Assembly (NCBI GenBank): GCA_030524345.1
Contig: JAUNGP010000001.1
Coordinates: 130,191 to 194,190 of the forward strand
Origin: Clostridia bacterium
GTDB taxonomy: Bacteria > Bacillota > Clostridia > TANB77 > CAG-465
Direction of reading: 5' to 3'
Length of the DNA: 64,000 nucleotides
Under the pieces are notes generated by a model. It was not told where the DNA came from. It saw only the letters and a program-made list of their open reading frames with translations, and did not search any database. This document shows, piece by piece, positions 10,318 through 20,227 of the stretch. The position numbers were made by a program, and so were the translations under genes. How positions within the stretch are numbered: position 1 is the stretch's first letter; the number at the start of each line of letters is the position of its first letter.

Positions 10318-10627
10318 AAACTTCCCCCACCACATCTGTAAAATACAAAACTTCTTTATTTAATGATTTAGCATATTCAATTTCACTACTTGTACTATTG
10401 CCAATATAACCATTTACATTCATAACTAATATAGCATCTGACAGTCTTATTTTTTCTTTATGCATTTTATCAATCATTAAAATCTCATCTTCCGTATAGG
10501 CATTTTTATCAGTTTTTGTTAGCTCATTTGGGGTTATCATACAATTTCCCTTTAATGTCATTTTCTCTGTTATTTCTGTCATCTCTTTTTTAAATTTATA
10601 ACTACCACATACAGTTATTATTTTCAT
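10310..10627 (-). CDS. hypothetical protein, possibly nucleoside 2-deoxyribosyltransferase-like fold
   Basis: 105-aa ORF starting MKIITVCGSYKF, with SDAILVMNVNGYIGNST. Its stop overlaps the downstream Ppx-like gene. Functional call is weak. Confidence 0.3.
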   Translation of the reverse strand: MKIITVCGSYKFKKEMTEITEKMTLKGNCMITPNELTKTDKNAYTEDEILMIDKMHKEKIRLSDAILVMNVNGYIGNSTSSEIEYAKSLNKEVLYFTDVVGEVYE

Positions 10628-10889
10628 TTCTACACACTCTCCTTTTTTGTGAATTACTATTGTTTTACTAGATTATATCAGACTGTTTTAAAAAAGTATA
10701 TGAATTAATTAATAAATTTAATTTAAAATAAAAAATCAAAAACTCTCCTATTTTTCGAAAGTGATGGCATATTGGAAGAATAAAAAAGTTTAAAGGAGTA
10801 AATTTCATAATTTCAAGAGAAAAAACTCTAAAGTATAAAAATTTTTTAACATAGGAAAAAATTAAAACTCTCAAACACATTTGAGAGTT

Positions 10890-10966
10890 TGGTGCACCAG
10901 GAGGAATTCGAATCCCCGACCTCTCGGTTCGTAGCCGAGTGCTCTATCCAGCTAAGCTACTGGTGC
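10890..10966 (-). tRNA. tRNA-Arg (anticodon ACG), CCA encoded
   Basis: Cloverleaf folded by hand: acceptor GCACCAG/CTGGTGC, anticodon stem CTCGG/CCGAG, loop CTACGAA, T-loop TTCGAAT. A hairpin terminator lies just downstream at about 10866-10887. Confidence 0.9.
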
Positions 10967-11239
10967 ATATAAAAAATATATATTTGAAGAGATTTTCAGA
11001 AGAAAAATTTTCATACACTCCACTGAAAACTCAAAATATCAATATTCATAACTGAAAGTAGTCTGGCTTATAACCTATCTATCTAACCAAGCTATAGCAA
11101 TCATTTCTCACCAATTATATAACAAACATACTAAAATGTCAAATCATAGCCATATCCTTTTTTATAAAAATTTAACTTACTTCAATTCTATCAATAATAT
11201 TAATTGAAAACTCGAGGAATTTCTTCCTCGAGTTATCCA

Positions 11240-12412
11240 TTATTTTAGAGAACCATCAGGTCCTGCATACCGACTTCCAATATACTCATTTTGAGCCATA
11301 TGTCCATCAGGATATAAATAATACTCCTTGCCATCAACCTTAATATAAGTATTTGCTAACATTTCGCCATTAGGATAATTAAAATAATACCATTTAGCAT
11401 TAATTGTTGCCCATCCTTTAACCATACGCCCATCAGGACACAAATAATAAATCTTACCATTATCCTGAATAAGTTGATTGGTTAACATAGCACCATTACT
11501 CCGATCACAGAAATACCAATCTGTCCCGTCCTGTATCCATCCGGTTTTCATGTATCCATTAGCAAAGTAATAATAAACATGATTTATCTTATGCCACCCT
11601 AATGTTATACTGTATCCATTAGCATCATAGTAACGCCATTTCGAGTCAGGACACAATTTCCAAGTGTTTCTTAAGGAATAATCGTAATTATAACTACTAC
11701 AATCATTATAATTACTACTTCCAGTATAAGGTGTATTCACCTGTAATGAATTATAGGATTCTACATATTCACCTTTAATTCTGTTATCCTCAAAAATGGG
11801 TTTAACTTTAAAATAATAAGTTCCCTTCTCAGTAAGATAAGAAGACAGATCAATTGAGGTATTGGTAATATTTTCAAATGTATATTTTTTATTATTTCCT
11901 TTATACAAAAGCAATGTATATGATTTGGCATTATCTATACCATCCCACTTTGCAATTGTATTATCCCAATAAATGTCTTCTAACTCAATTTTTCCACCAA
12001 TAGGGCCATAAGATAAGTTAACAACAGCTTGACTCGCGTTATAATCAGAAGACCTGTAGGTTACTCTTGATTTATCGCCTGTAAATTTCCAGGCATTTCT
12101 CCGATCAAGATTATTAAATACATATCCATCATCTGGCTCTATTTTTATTGCACATTTTACCGTATCATCTGGTTTTAAATCATCACTAAAATGATCATAC
12201 CACTCTTTTTCGCCAGAATCATACCACAATATTTCAGTAATATGACTATGAGAATCACCACTCACGCTAATTTCCGGTTCTTCACCTTCCTCATTTACAT
12301 TAAACTTAACTGTAACTTTTTTCACAGATTCAGCCGCAAATGCCGTAACATGCATACTGAACAGCAACATAAACGCCATCACCATAAATAATAAACTTCT
12401 CCGTCTTTTCAT
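11240..12412 (-). CDS. secreted protein with C-terminal cell-wall/choline-binding (CW_binding_1) repeats
   Basis: Signal peptide (RRRSLLFMVMAFMLLFSMHVTAFA). At least five GW..xxxWYYF/YYLxxDGxM repeats in the C-terminal third. Hairpin terminator at about 11207-11235. Confidence 0.8.
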   Translation of the reverse strand: MKRRRSLLFMVMAFMLLFSMHVTAFAAESVKKVTVKFNVNEEGEEPEISVSGDSHSHITEILWYDSGEKEWYDHFSDDLKPDDTVKCAIKIEPDDGYVFNNLDRRNAWKFTGDKSRVTYRSSDYNASQAVVNLSYGPIGGKIELEDIYWDNTIAKWDGIDNAKSYTLLLYKGNNKKYTFENITNTSIDLSSYLTEKGTYYFKVKPIFEDNRIKGEYVESYNSLQVNTPYTGSSNYNDCSSYNYDYSLRNTWKLCPDSKWRYYDANGYSITLGWHKINHVYYYFANGYMKTGWIQDGTDWYFCDRSNGAMLTNQLIQDNGKIYYLCPDGRMVKGWATINAKWYYFNYPNGEMLANTYIKVDGKEYYLYPDGHMAQNEYIGSRYAGPDGSLK

Positions 12413-12608
12413 ACACTTTCTCTCCTTCTACTATTAAGATTTTAGATTATAAAACATGATACACTTTAATGATATCATAGTTCTACATAAAAGTCAAATA
12501 TAATTGGCTTTTCTATGAGCATTTCACTATAATATTTTACATAATATTAGTAAGTGATCTTCAAGTAGATATAAAAAACTAATATTTATAAATTATTGTA
12601 TGATTCCA

Positions 12609-12637
12609 TTGAATTTAGACATTCTATATGTTATAAT
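12609..12637 (+). promoter_or_regulatory. sigma-A promoter for tRNA-Arg(CCT)
   Basis: TTGAAT (12609-12614), 17-nt spacer, TATAAT (12632-12637) preceded by an extended -10 TG. About 12 nt upstream of the tRNA 5' end. Confidence 0.55.
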
Positions 12638-12649
12638 AATCTTGTTATT

Positions 12650-12725
12650 GCTTCTGTAGCTCAGTGGATAGAGCAGCGACCTCCTAAGTCGTTGGTCGGA
12701 CGTTCGATTCGTCTCAGGAGCACCA
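12650..12725 (+). tRNA. tRNA-Arg (anticodon CCT), CCA encoded
   Basis: Acceptor GCTTCTG/CAGGAGC, D-arm GCTC-AGTGGATA-GAGC, anticodon loop CTCCTAA, T-loop TTCGATT. Confidence 0.9.
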
Positions 12726-12731
12726 AATAAA

Positions 12732-12769
12732 AACAACTTACGAACTAAAAAGTTTGTAAGTTGTTTTTT
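12732..12769 (+). terminator. rho-independent terminator after tRNA-Arg(CCT)
   Basis: AACAACTTAC-loop-GTAAGTTGTT followed by a T-run. Confidence 0.7.
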
Positions 12770-13010
12770 ATATATCAAACTAAAATGTTCTCTTTCCAGA
12801 AAGGAGGAGGATTTTTTTGCTTGAATTTGAAGTAATACAAAAATTAGAACCAAATACTGAACTATTAGAAATCTTAAAATCTTGATTTTCATATTGGAGA
12901 ATAACTTTGTTATCCATACCTACATGATATTCTTCTTTAGGTAGTAAGTTTGTGGTATTTTTAAAAAAGTATTCTAATGCCATATTGCCTAAATCTTCAT
13001 AACTAAAACT

Positions 13011-13667
13011 TTACTTATTATCTTTCGTTACTTCAATTTCTATTTTCCCATCTTCTGTTAAATTAATAACTTTTAAATTATAGTCTAATCCTTCTGCTTT
13101 TTTACTCCCTATTGAATCTCCTAATTCATAAATTCCATTGTATGATACTCCATTTACTACAAATGTATATGGAACAGAAATAGAGAAACTAATTGTTGTA
13201 CCTTCTGAATATTCTGGAACTTTCCATTTAACTTTTTCAGTTATTTCAAAGTAATCATTTGTATTTTTTATATTTATTTTAGTAAGAGAATTTATCCAAG
13301 TTTTTTCTCCCAAACTTATCTGTGTAACTTCATTAATATTTTCAATTTCTTGCTTTTCGTATTTTTCCCTATATTTTTCTTCAAATCCAAATAATCCTTG
13401 TCCAAGTGTTATTGGAAAATATTTATTATTCATTATAAAACCATATACTTCATTGTTTTCATCTTTAAATTTTATTGAGTATCCTCCAAAACTCGAACTC
13501 CATTCTATATCTACATATTCTAATTGTATTTTTGGAAAGTTCTTTTTTAAATAATTAGTTGCAGAAACTCTTGCTATTTGTTTAGGAATTATTCCACTAA
13601 TCCATAACCCAAAAATAGCGACCAAAATCAATATTATTGTTACTATAATTATCCTTTTTTTATTCAT
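13011..13667 (-). CDS. membrane-anchored hypothetical protein (YfjL/DUF3139-like N-terminal region)
   Basis: 218-aa ORF with one N-terminal TM helix (IIIVTIILILVAIFGLWISGII) and a beta-rich extracytoplasmic part. Confidence 0.5.
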   Translation of the reverse strand: MNKKRIIIVTIILILVAIFGLWISGIIPKQIARVSATNYLKKNFPKIQLEYVDIEWSSSFGGYSIKFKDENNEVYGFIMNNKYFPITLGQGLFGFEEKYREKYEKQEIENINEVTQISLGEKTWINSLTKINIKNTNDYFEITEKVKWKVPEYSEGTTISFSISVPYTFVVNGVSYNGIYELGDSIGSKKAEGLDYNLKVINLTEDGKIEIEVTKDNK

Positions 13668-13799
13668 AACTACCTCCTCGACAAATTACTATTTCTACTA
13701 GAGATTATAGCATGAAAAATGGATAATTTTCAATAGATTTTTATGCAAATATTTAATTAAGCTGTTACAATTTTATATTAAGTTATGTATAATAAATTC

Positions 13800-13897
13800 A
13801 CAATTTAGAAAGAGAATAAAAAGTTCGTAACCTGTAAGAATACCGCACCATTATTAAATACCAAGCTTATTTTCCTAAAGGGCTTGGTATTTTTTTA
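13800..13897 (+). ncRNA. candidate orphan small RNA (promoter plus terminator without ORF)
   Basis: Extended -10 TGTATAAT (13786-13793), then about 60 nt without a start codon, then hairpin ATACCAAGC-loop-GCTTGGTAT plus T7 (13858-13897). The next gene has its own promoter. Confidence 0.25.
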
Positions 13898-14041
13898 TTC
13901 TAATAATTTACTATTAGAATTTTGAATATTAGTATGAAAATATAAAAAGTAAGTTAGAAGAGTTTGCATAATGATTTAAATATGATATAATGCAAGAATA
14001 TTGTATATATTTTTTCTTATAATTATAGAAAGGAGTTTATT

Positions 14042-14626
14042 ATGGATTTAAATTTAGAACAAGAAGTATACTTGAAGACGCATTTACGGGATCTCAAAAA
14101 AATAGAAAGGATTGTGGAGGTTGCAATAAAATTTACAGAATTATTTAATCAGCAATTTGGCAAGAATATATCCAAGAATACGATTAAATTAGCAGCATAT
14201 GTTATGGAAATTGGTCAAAGTCATCCGAATATTTCATATATTTATGAAGAAAATTATAACTGGAAAGAACATAAAGATGCAATTTCTTTAAATGAGACAT
14301 TTGGTGAATATTCAGTACAAATGGCTGAAAGTCAAGGAATTTTTTTAACTGATGAAATTAAGGAAGCAATTATTGCAATTCCTAAAAGAAAATATCCTAA
14401 TAATATTGCACTTATTTTAAAGACTGCCTCAGTTTATGCTGCTATGGAACATGAAAGAATATATAGAGGAGAAAAAAAAGTAGCAGCTAAAAGTTTTTTG
14501 GAAATAGAAGAGGCTTTAAGGAATAATGGCATCACAGAAGAGATGATTGATTTAGCCAAAAAATTTTATACTTCAATGAATACAGTTTATTATATTGTAT
14601 TTACAGATGGAAATGATCCAAAGTAA
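14042..14626 (+). CDS. hypothetical protein
   Basis: 194-aa ORF with AGGAG RBS and its own extended -10 promoter (TGATATAAT near 13985). No motif recognised. Confidence 0.55.
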   Translation: MDLNLEQEVYLKTHLRDLKKIERIVEVAIKFTELFNQQFGKNISKNTIKLAAYVMEIGQSHPNISYIYEENYNWKEHKDAISLNETFGEYSVQMAESQGIFLTDEIKEAIIAIPKRKYPNNIALILKTASVYAAMEHERIYRGEKKVAAKSFLEIEEALRNNGITEEMIDLAKKFYTSMNTVYYIVFTDGNDPK

Positions 14627-14676
14627 AAGAAAATCCAATGGGTTAGTTATAACACCATTGGATTATTAATATTATT

Positions 14677-16467
14677 TTACATTCTTGGCCTCATCATTTT
14701 TTCTACATCAGCACTATTACCTATATTTGAAATAATAGAGGATACTGTAAATGTTGAGTATTGATTATCATTGATATTAATAGTATATGTTTTACCTGTT
14801 TCAAGTTTTGATGATGCAAAAACTACAGACTGATAACTTTTTGATGGTGTATATGATATTATCTCATTATTGTTAGAATCTATGATACTAAACTTTGATT
14901 TTGCATTTTGTGTACTTGAAATATTCAAATTTAAACAATTAACTGTTGAAGTATTGCTAATACATTGTGCCATTTGAGAACTGCCAACTGCAATCATTTC
15001 TCCTCCATTCATAACTAATTCATTTTCATAATCTAATGCACCATTTCCGCCATCGGATGGACCGTCAACGTAGATTATACCATCATTTATATAGATAGCA
15101 CCATTTGAATCAAGTCCATCGCCAGATGCATTGATATAAATTTTCCCACCATTAATTTCAAGTTTAATATTAGAATTATTACTAAAATTATTTTGTCCTG
15201 GTCTTCCCATGGTAGAAGAACTATCATTTCCGCCTGCAACATTTATACCATCATCTGAGGAAACAATATTAAATTCGCCATTATTTATTGTTATATTATT
15301 TGCTTCAATACCTTCATAAGATTTAGTAATATCAATTTTCCCACCATGAATTGTAACAGTGTCATCAGCATGAATTCCATCATCCCCTGATTCTATTTTT
15401 ATGTTTGGATTAGTAATTTCTATTGTTCCATTAGAATGTATTGAATCATCTGCTGAATTAATATTAATTTCACCACTCTTTATACTTATACTTTTTTGAG
15501 CTTTGATACCTTTGTAACTTCCTGTATCTTCTGTTGTATCTTCATTTTGAAAGTTTGAATTTCTTGGATTTATAAATTTACCTCTTACAAAAATATCAGT
15601 TGTAGTTCCTATTTTTGTAGAATTTTCACTTCCACCTCCTGATAAAATATTAATATTTCCATTCTCAATTAAAATATAATTCTCCGCTTGAATGCCATCA
15701 TGTTCAGAGGTTAAATTGAGTGTGCCATTTTCTATTTCAATATAACCTTTTTCAGTTTCTACTGAATTGGTTGATTTGATACAATCATTTTGAGCTTCAA
15801 TAGCAATGTTACCATCTTTTATTTTAATACTATCTTTTCCTTTTATTCCATTATTCATAGCTGTTACGGTATAAGTTCCTGATATAATCTTTAAATCATC
15901 TTTTGAAACAATACCATCTTGATATATGCCCTCAATATTTAAAGAACCATATCCGTTAAAAGTAAGGTCATCTTTTGCATAAATGGTTGCAGAAGCTTCT
16001 AAATCAGAATAGGTTAGAGAATCTTTTAAACTATTATTAGTATTCTCATCTAATGTTATAATCACTTTATCTGCATTCTTTACATATATAGCTGGTCCAT
16101 CCGTACTTTCAATTGTAACGTTTTTAAAGATAAGTCGTACTATTTCTTCTGTTTCTATATTTATACTTCCAGCTAAATGTCCTGTCAAAATATATATTCC
16201 ACTTGATTTTATTGTAGCCATATTTCCATTTACATTTACATTTGAACTATCTACATTTATACTATCTCCATTAAGTTCAATACTAATAGCAACGGACTCA
16301 TCATATGTAGGATCATTTTCATCATAATTTGAAAGTAGATCAAAGCCAGTGTTATTTTCACTTATATTCTTATTTTTTACTAAAGACACGCTAACAATAA
16401 CAGCAGTAATTAATAATACTATTATAATGATTACAACCACTACGTTTTTTTTATTTATTTTTTTCAT
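14677..16467 (-). CDS. membrane-anchored parallel beta-helix repeat protein (carbohydrate-binding-domain type, as found with VTC/DUF4956)
   Basis: N-terminal TM helix. Many repeats of the type DDGI/DGIxxxxxxxIxxGxxxI (for example SGDDGIHADDTVTIHGGKIDI, SSDDGINVAGG). Confidence 0.6.
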   Translation of the reverse strand: MKKINKKNVVVVIIIIVLLITAVIVSVSLVKNKNISENNTGFDLLSNYDENDPTYDESVAISIELNGDSINVDSSNVNVNGNMATIKSSGIYILTGHLAGSINIETEEIVRLIFKNVTIESTDGPAIYVKNADKVIITLDENTNNSLKDSLTYSDLEASATIYAKDDLTFNGYGSLNIEGIYQDGIVSKDDLKIISGTYTVTAMNNGIKGKDSIKIKDGNIAIEAQNDCIKSTNSVETEKGYIEIENGTLNLTSEHDGIQAENYILIENGNINILSGGGSENSTKIGTTTDIFVRGKFINPRNSNFQNEDTTEDTGSYKGIKAQKSISIKSGEININSADDSIHSNGTIEITNPNIKIESGDDGIHADDTVTIHGGKIDITKSYEGIEANNITINNGEFNIVSSDDGINVAGGNDSSSTMGRPGQNNFSNNSNIKLEINGGKIYINASGDGLDSNGAIYINDGIIYVDGPSDGGNGALDYENELVMNGGEMIAVGSSQMAQCISNTSTVNCLNLNISSTQNAKSKFSIIDSNNNEIISYTPSKSYQSVVFASSKLETGKTYTININDNQYSTFTVSSIISNIGNSADVEKMMRPRM

Positions 16468-17147
16468 TATAATTCCATCACTCCTTCTTGAGCATGCATA
16501 AGTGTAACATTTAAGTTCCCATTTCTTATTCTTATCTTATCTAAAAAATCTTTTTCATTTTTATCATTTTTTAATATTATATTATATGTTATTTCATACA
16601 TACTTCCCATATTAATAGTTTTTACTTTTTCAAGCATTGAATTTTTAGTATACTCTTCCATAATATCTTCAAAAACAGAAGTATAGTCCAATTCTTCAGG
16701 TATAACAATTTTCAATTTCTTTTCATTTCCTCTTTGTGCACCAAAATTAGTTTTATATAATAGGATTAAGATAAAAGAAATAATAAGTGTAATACCAATA
16801 GAAAAGACAATATACCCCATACCTATTGCAAGTCCAATCGCCATTGCAAAGAATACACTTACTATTTCCTTAGAATTTCCAGGTATACTCCTAAATCTAA
16901 CAAGTCCAAAAGCGCCTAATACAGCAACAGATGTCCCTAAATTTCCATTTACCATCATAATCACCACTTGCACTAAGGCTGGCAATATTGCAAGAGATAT
17001 TATAAAATTCTTTGTATACTTACTTGTATACATATGAACCAAAGCAATAATCATACCTAAAATCAATGATACTAACATACATATCATTAAATTTGTAATA
17101 CTAAGTGTACTTGTCACATTTTCTAAAATACTATCGAACATAAACAT
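16467..17147 (-). CDS. DUF4956-like polytopic membrane protein
   Basis: 226 aa with four or five TM helices and a soluble C-terminal domain. Shares one nt with the downstream gene. Sits after a VTC-domain gene, as in the conserved VTC-DUF4956 pairing. Confidence 0.55.
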   Translation of the reverse strand: MFMFDSILENVTSTLSITNLMICMLVSLILGMIIALVHMYTSKYTKNFIISLAILPALVQVVIMMVNGNLGTSVAVLGAFGLVRFRSIPGNSKEIVSVFFAMAIGLAIGMGYIVFSIGITLIISFILILLYKTNFGAQRGNEKKLKIVIPEELDYTSVFEDIMEEYTKNSMLEKVKTINMGSMYEITYNIILKNDKNEKDFLDKIRIRNGNLNVTLMHAQEGVMEL

Positions 17148-17156
17148 TCCCCCTAT

Positions 17157-17855
17157 TTACTTTTTACTATTAATTTTTTTATATATTTCTCCATACTTTG
17201 AAAAGGAAACCGGATATATCTTTAATTCATTTAAAATCTTAACAAACCATATTGGAATAGCACTACAAGATTTTATTTCCATAATTCTTATATCTTCTTC
17301 AAAAAAAAGTTCTCCTTCATCCCCATATGTTAAATCTAAATCATTTAATCTACTTCTAAGATTTTTATCAAAAGTAATTCTAATGTCTTCTGATTCTCTT
17401 AAATAATATGAATCTCTATCATATGCAACCATAATTTTAGGAACCAGTTGATATTTCTTAAAAGCATAATCTATTTCATTATATATTTGAAGATTTTCTA
17501 TATTATCTAGTTTTCCCTTTGCTATATATTTTTGAAAAGTTTTTAGCTTAACTGCTATCCTCCTCTTAGTGACAACACCAAGACATTTTCTTTTTAATTC
17601 TAAAAAAACTTTTGAGTTCTCATTTGGAATATCATAGCTTCTAATCCTAATCTTTTCTTTATATGTAGGCTTTTGAATAGATTTTATTGCCAATTCATAA
17701 GAATCTGTGTCATAATATATATTTAATATTTTACTATGTGGATATTCATTTTCCACCAGTTCAGATTCTATTCTTTTCATTAAAATATCATATATTTTAT
17801 CAGTTAACATATATTTTTCTTCTACTCTTTTAAATACTTTCTGATAGATAGCCAT
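17157..17855 (-). CDS. VTC-domain (CYTH-like triphosphate tunnel, polyphosphate-polymerase-like) protein
   Basis: 232 aa starting YQKVFKRVEEKYML. Alternating basic residues on beta strands (KEKIRIRSY, LELKRK, VTKRR) are typical of VTC/CYTH tunnels. Confidence 0.6.
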   Translation of the reverse strand: MAIYQKVFKRVEEKYMLTDKIYDILMKRIESELVENEYPHSKILNIYYDTDSYELAIKSIQKPTYKEKIRIRSYDIPNENSKVFLELKRKCLGVVTKRRIAVKLKTFQKYIAKGKLDNIENLQIYNEIDYAFKKYQLVPKIMVAYDRDSYYLRESEDIRITFDKNLRSRLNDLDLTYGDEGELFFEEDIRIMEIKSCSAIPIWFVKILNELKIYPVSFSKYGEIYKKINSKK

Positions 17856-18122
17856 TTTTCTCCCTTCTATGCTATTATAGTTTTACATAGGAAAATTATA
17901 TAATACAATCATTAAATGAATATTAAACATCTATATCTTAGAAAAAATTTTTTAAGTGTAAAAGAATTCTTATTATCTTTTTATATACGAAACACTTATT
18001 TTAATGAGCTGGAATACAAAAATAACAAAGAGATATCTTTCTAATACATCGCAATAAAATATCCTCTAATTTTATGTGAAAAATAAACCTAATCAACAAA
18101 GACAGGAATTATTTCATCCTGT

Positions 18123-18413
18123 CTATTTTTTATTAAACTTTTGTAATGCTTCTATGATTCTGGGAATATTTTTATATATTTCAAAATCTAAAATAAAATT
18201 TACCTCTTGAGAAGAAAATGATAAACTCGTATTATTTATAATTGAACTATATATCTTTAAAATAATATAGAAAAAGTTATTTTTTGATATGATTTCACTT
18301 TCTAAATCATCTGTATACTGATCTAAATTTAACATATTATAAATTTCATCACTTTTTATCCTTAGTGCATTATAGTCTTCTTCTTTTTTCATAACCACCC
18401 AATCCTCATACAT
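18123..18413 (-). CDS. hypothetical protein
   Basis: 96-aa ORF divergent from an XRE regulator gene. No motif recognised. Confidence 0.4.
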   Translation of the reverse strand: MYEDWVVMKKEEDYNALRIKSDEIYNMLNLDQYTDDLESEIISKNNFFYIILKIYSSIINNTSLSFSSQEVNFILDFEIYKNIPRIIEALQKFNKK

Positions 18414-18541
18414 ATTATACTTATTGTTTACATTTTTTGCATATTAAGCCATTATAAATAATTCAAAAATAATGTATCATAATAGTATTAATATTAATTA
18501 TTTACATATCATACTAATATATACGTTGAAAGGATATTTTT

Positions 18542-18889
18542 ATGAATTATTTATCATATTTTAAAAATGAAAATGAAATTAGGGAATGCATTTCAAAAAA
18601 TGTGCTAAAAATTAGAAAAGACAACAAATTAACTCAAGAACAATTAGCTGAAATGTTAGATGTTTCTGTCGAGCATATATCTAGAATTGAAAACTGCAAA
18701 TATACATGCTCAATTAGCTTTATATTCAGTTTATGTACTAAATTTAAAATGGATATTAATGACTTCTTCCATATTAAACAAAGCAACAGTAGCAATATTG
18801 TAGGGTTTTTGGATAGTCTATCATTAGAACAATATAAAGCTATTATAGATTTTTGTGACGAAGTAAAAAAATATTATAATTATAAATAA
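18542..18889 (+). CDS. XRE-family helix-turn-helix transcriptional regulator
   Basis: HTH_3 signature LTQEQLAEMLDVSVEHISRIENCKY. Confidence 0.8.
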   Translation: MNYLSYFKNENEIRECISKNVLKIRKDNKLTQEQLAEMLDVSVEHISRIENCKYTCSISFIFSLCTKFKMDINDFFHIKQSNSSNIVGFLDSLSLEQYKAIIDFCDEVKKYYNYK

Positions 18890-18952
18890 AATTTGTTGTT
18901 TTATTAAAATAATACCAAGAAATATTAATTTGTTCTATTTCTTGGTATTATT

Positions 18953-19408
18953 CTACATTTTACTTTTTACTTTTCTTAACTCTTTAAAAAAAGTACTTAT
19001 AATTTCTGAGCACTCATCACATTTTTCCATATATTCATAATCTACTTGATGCGTTGTCTGTATGTCAAATATATTAGCAATAGATCCTACACAACCATTT
19101 TTTGTATCTTTTGCACCCATATAAACTTTCTTTATCCTAGATTGTATAATTGCACCTGCGCACATTGAACATGGTTCTAAAGTAACATATAATTCTGATC
19201 CATCAAGTCTCCAGCTATTTAATTTTTTACATGCTTTCTCAATGCAAAGTATTTCTGCATGCGCTAAACTACTATTCTTTTTTTCTCTTAAATTATGTGC
19301 TTTAGCGATAATTTTTCCGTCTTTTACCAATACTGCACCCACTGGAACTTCTAATTTTTTATATGCTTTTTTAGCTTCTTTATATGCTTCTTTCATATAT
19401 TCATTCAT
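18953..19408 (-). CDS. tadA: tRNA adenosine(34) deaminase
   Basis: CDA zinc motifs HAEILCIEKA and LEPCSMCAGAI; size 151 aa. Confidence 0.9.
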   Translation of the reverse strand: MNEYMKEAYKEAKKAYKKLEVPVGAVLVKDGKIIAKAHNLREKKNSSLAHAEILCIEKACKKLNSWRLDGSELYVTLEPCSMCAGAIIQSRIKKVYMGAKDTKNGCVGSIANIFDIQTTHQVDYEYMEKCDECSEIISTFFKELRKVKSKM

Positions 19409-19411
19409 TTT

Positions 19412-20143
19412 TTATTTTCCTTCCTCATAAAAATAATTTTGTATTGCTATAAATATTCCCCATGCAATCTTATTTTGATATTCATCTGTATTCAATAACT
19501 GTGCCTCCTCCTCATTTGATAAAAATCCACATTCTACAATGACACTCGGAATTTTTACGTGTTCCATAATATATACATTAGATATTGGTAATACCTTTCT
19601 ATTATTATCATATTCAATATTATTATTAAGATACTCTTGAATATTTTCAGCAATAATTTTACTTTGAGCACTGCCATTTTGATAAAAAGTCTGCCATCCT
19701 CTATATTGACTAGAATCCGGATACTTATTCAAATGAATTGATACAAATATATCTGCTTCAGAATGATTTGCAATATCCACTCTATTTTTAATATCACTAA
19801 CCTTTTTACTTTTGATACTTTGACTATCTATGGAATAAATACCATTTTCATCACTTCTAGTAAGGATTACTTTAGCTCCACTTTGCTCAATTAGCTTCTG
19901 AAGCTTTAAAGCAATACTTAAATTGATGGCCTGTTCAGTTATTCCAAAAAACCCCTTAGCTCCTTCATCTGGTAAACCATGACCAGCATCTACGACAATT
20001 ATTTTATTTGATATTGGCATAGCATTTACCTGAAAAGCCTGGTTTTGCTTTTGTCGTATATTGATTATACCATATAATATCAAAGAAAAGCAAACGAAAA
20101 AAGATACCATCATTATTTGTTTTACTAATATATTTCTATTCAT
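19412..20143 (-). CDS. cwlD: N-acetylmuramoyl-L-alanine amidase, CwlD-like (germination-specific)
   Basis: N-terminal TM or signal anchor, Amidase_3 motifs (VVDAGHG, SIHLN, VECGFLSN). About 240 aa, as for CwlD. Confidence 0.8.
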   Translation of the reverse strand: MNRNILVKQIMMVSFFVCFSLILYGIINIRQKQNQAFQVNAMPISNKIIVVDAGHGLPDEGAKGFFGITEQAINLSIALKLQKLIEQSGAKVILTRSDENGIYSIDSQSIKSKKVSDIKNRVDIANHSEADIFVSIHLNKYPDSSQYRGWQTFYQNGSAQSKIIAENIQEYLNNNIEYDNNRKVLPISNVYIMEHVKIPSVIVECGFLSNEEEAQLLNTDEYQNKIAWGIFIAIQNYFYEEGK

Positions 20144-20227
20144 ACAATCACCTATTCCATTTATATGAATTAAATTTTCATATAATACGACAAAAGGTTA
20201 TGAGTTTTTCTCATAACCTTGTAACTT

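Noticed and set aside
10668-10880. 70-aa minus-strand ORF next to tRNA-Arg(ACG)
   Set aside because: It covers the tRNA terminator hairpin and the 5' non-coding region of the 105-aa gene. It has no RBS and an implausible F/L/I/K-rich sequence.
12593-12892. 99-aa minus-strand ORF
   Set aside because: It runs antisense straight through tRNA-Arg(CCT) and its terminator.
12780-12983. 67-aa minus-strand ORF just downstream of the 218-aa membrane protein gene
   Set aside because: Weak RBS and no recognisable motif. It could be a gene fragment, but I cannot support it as a functional CDS.
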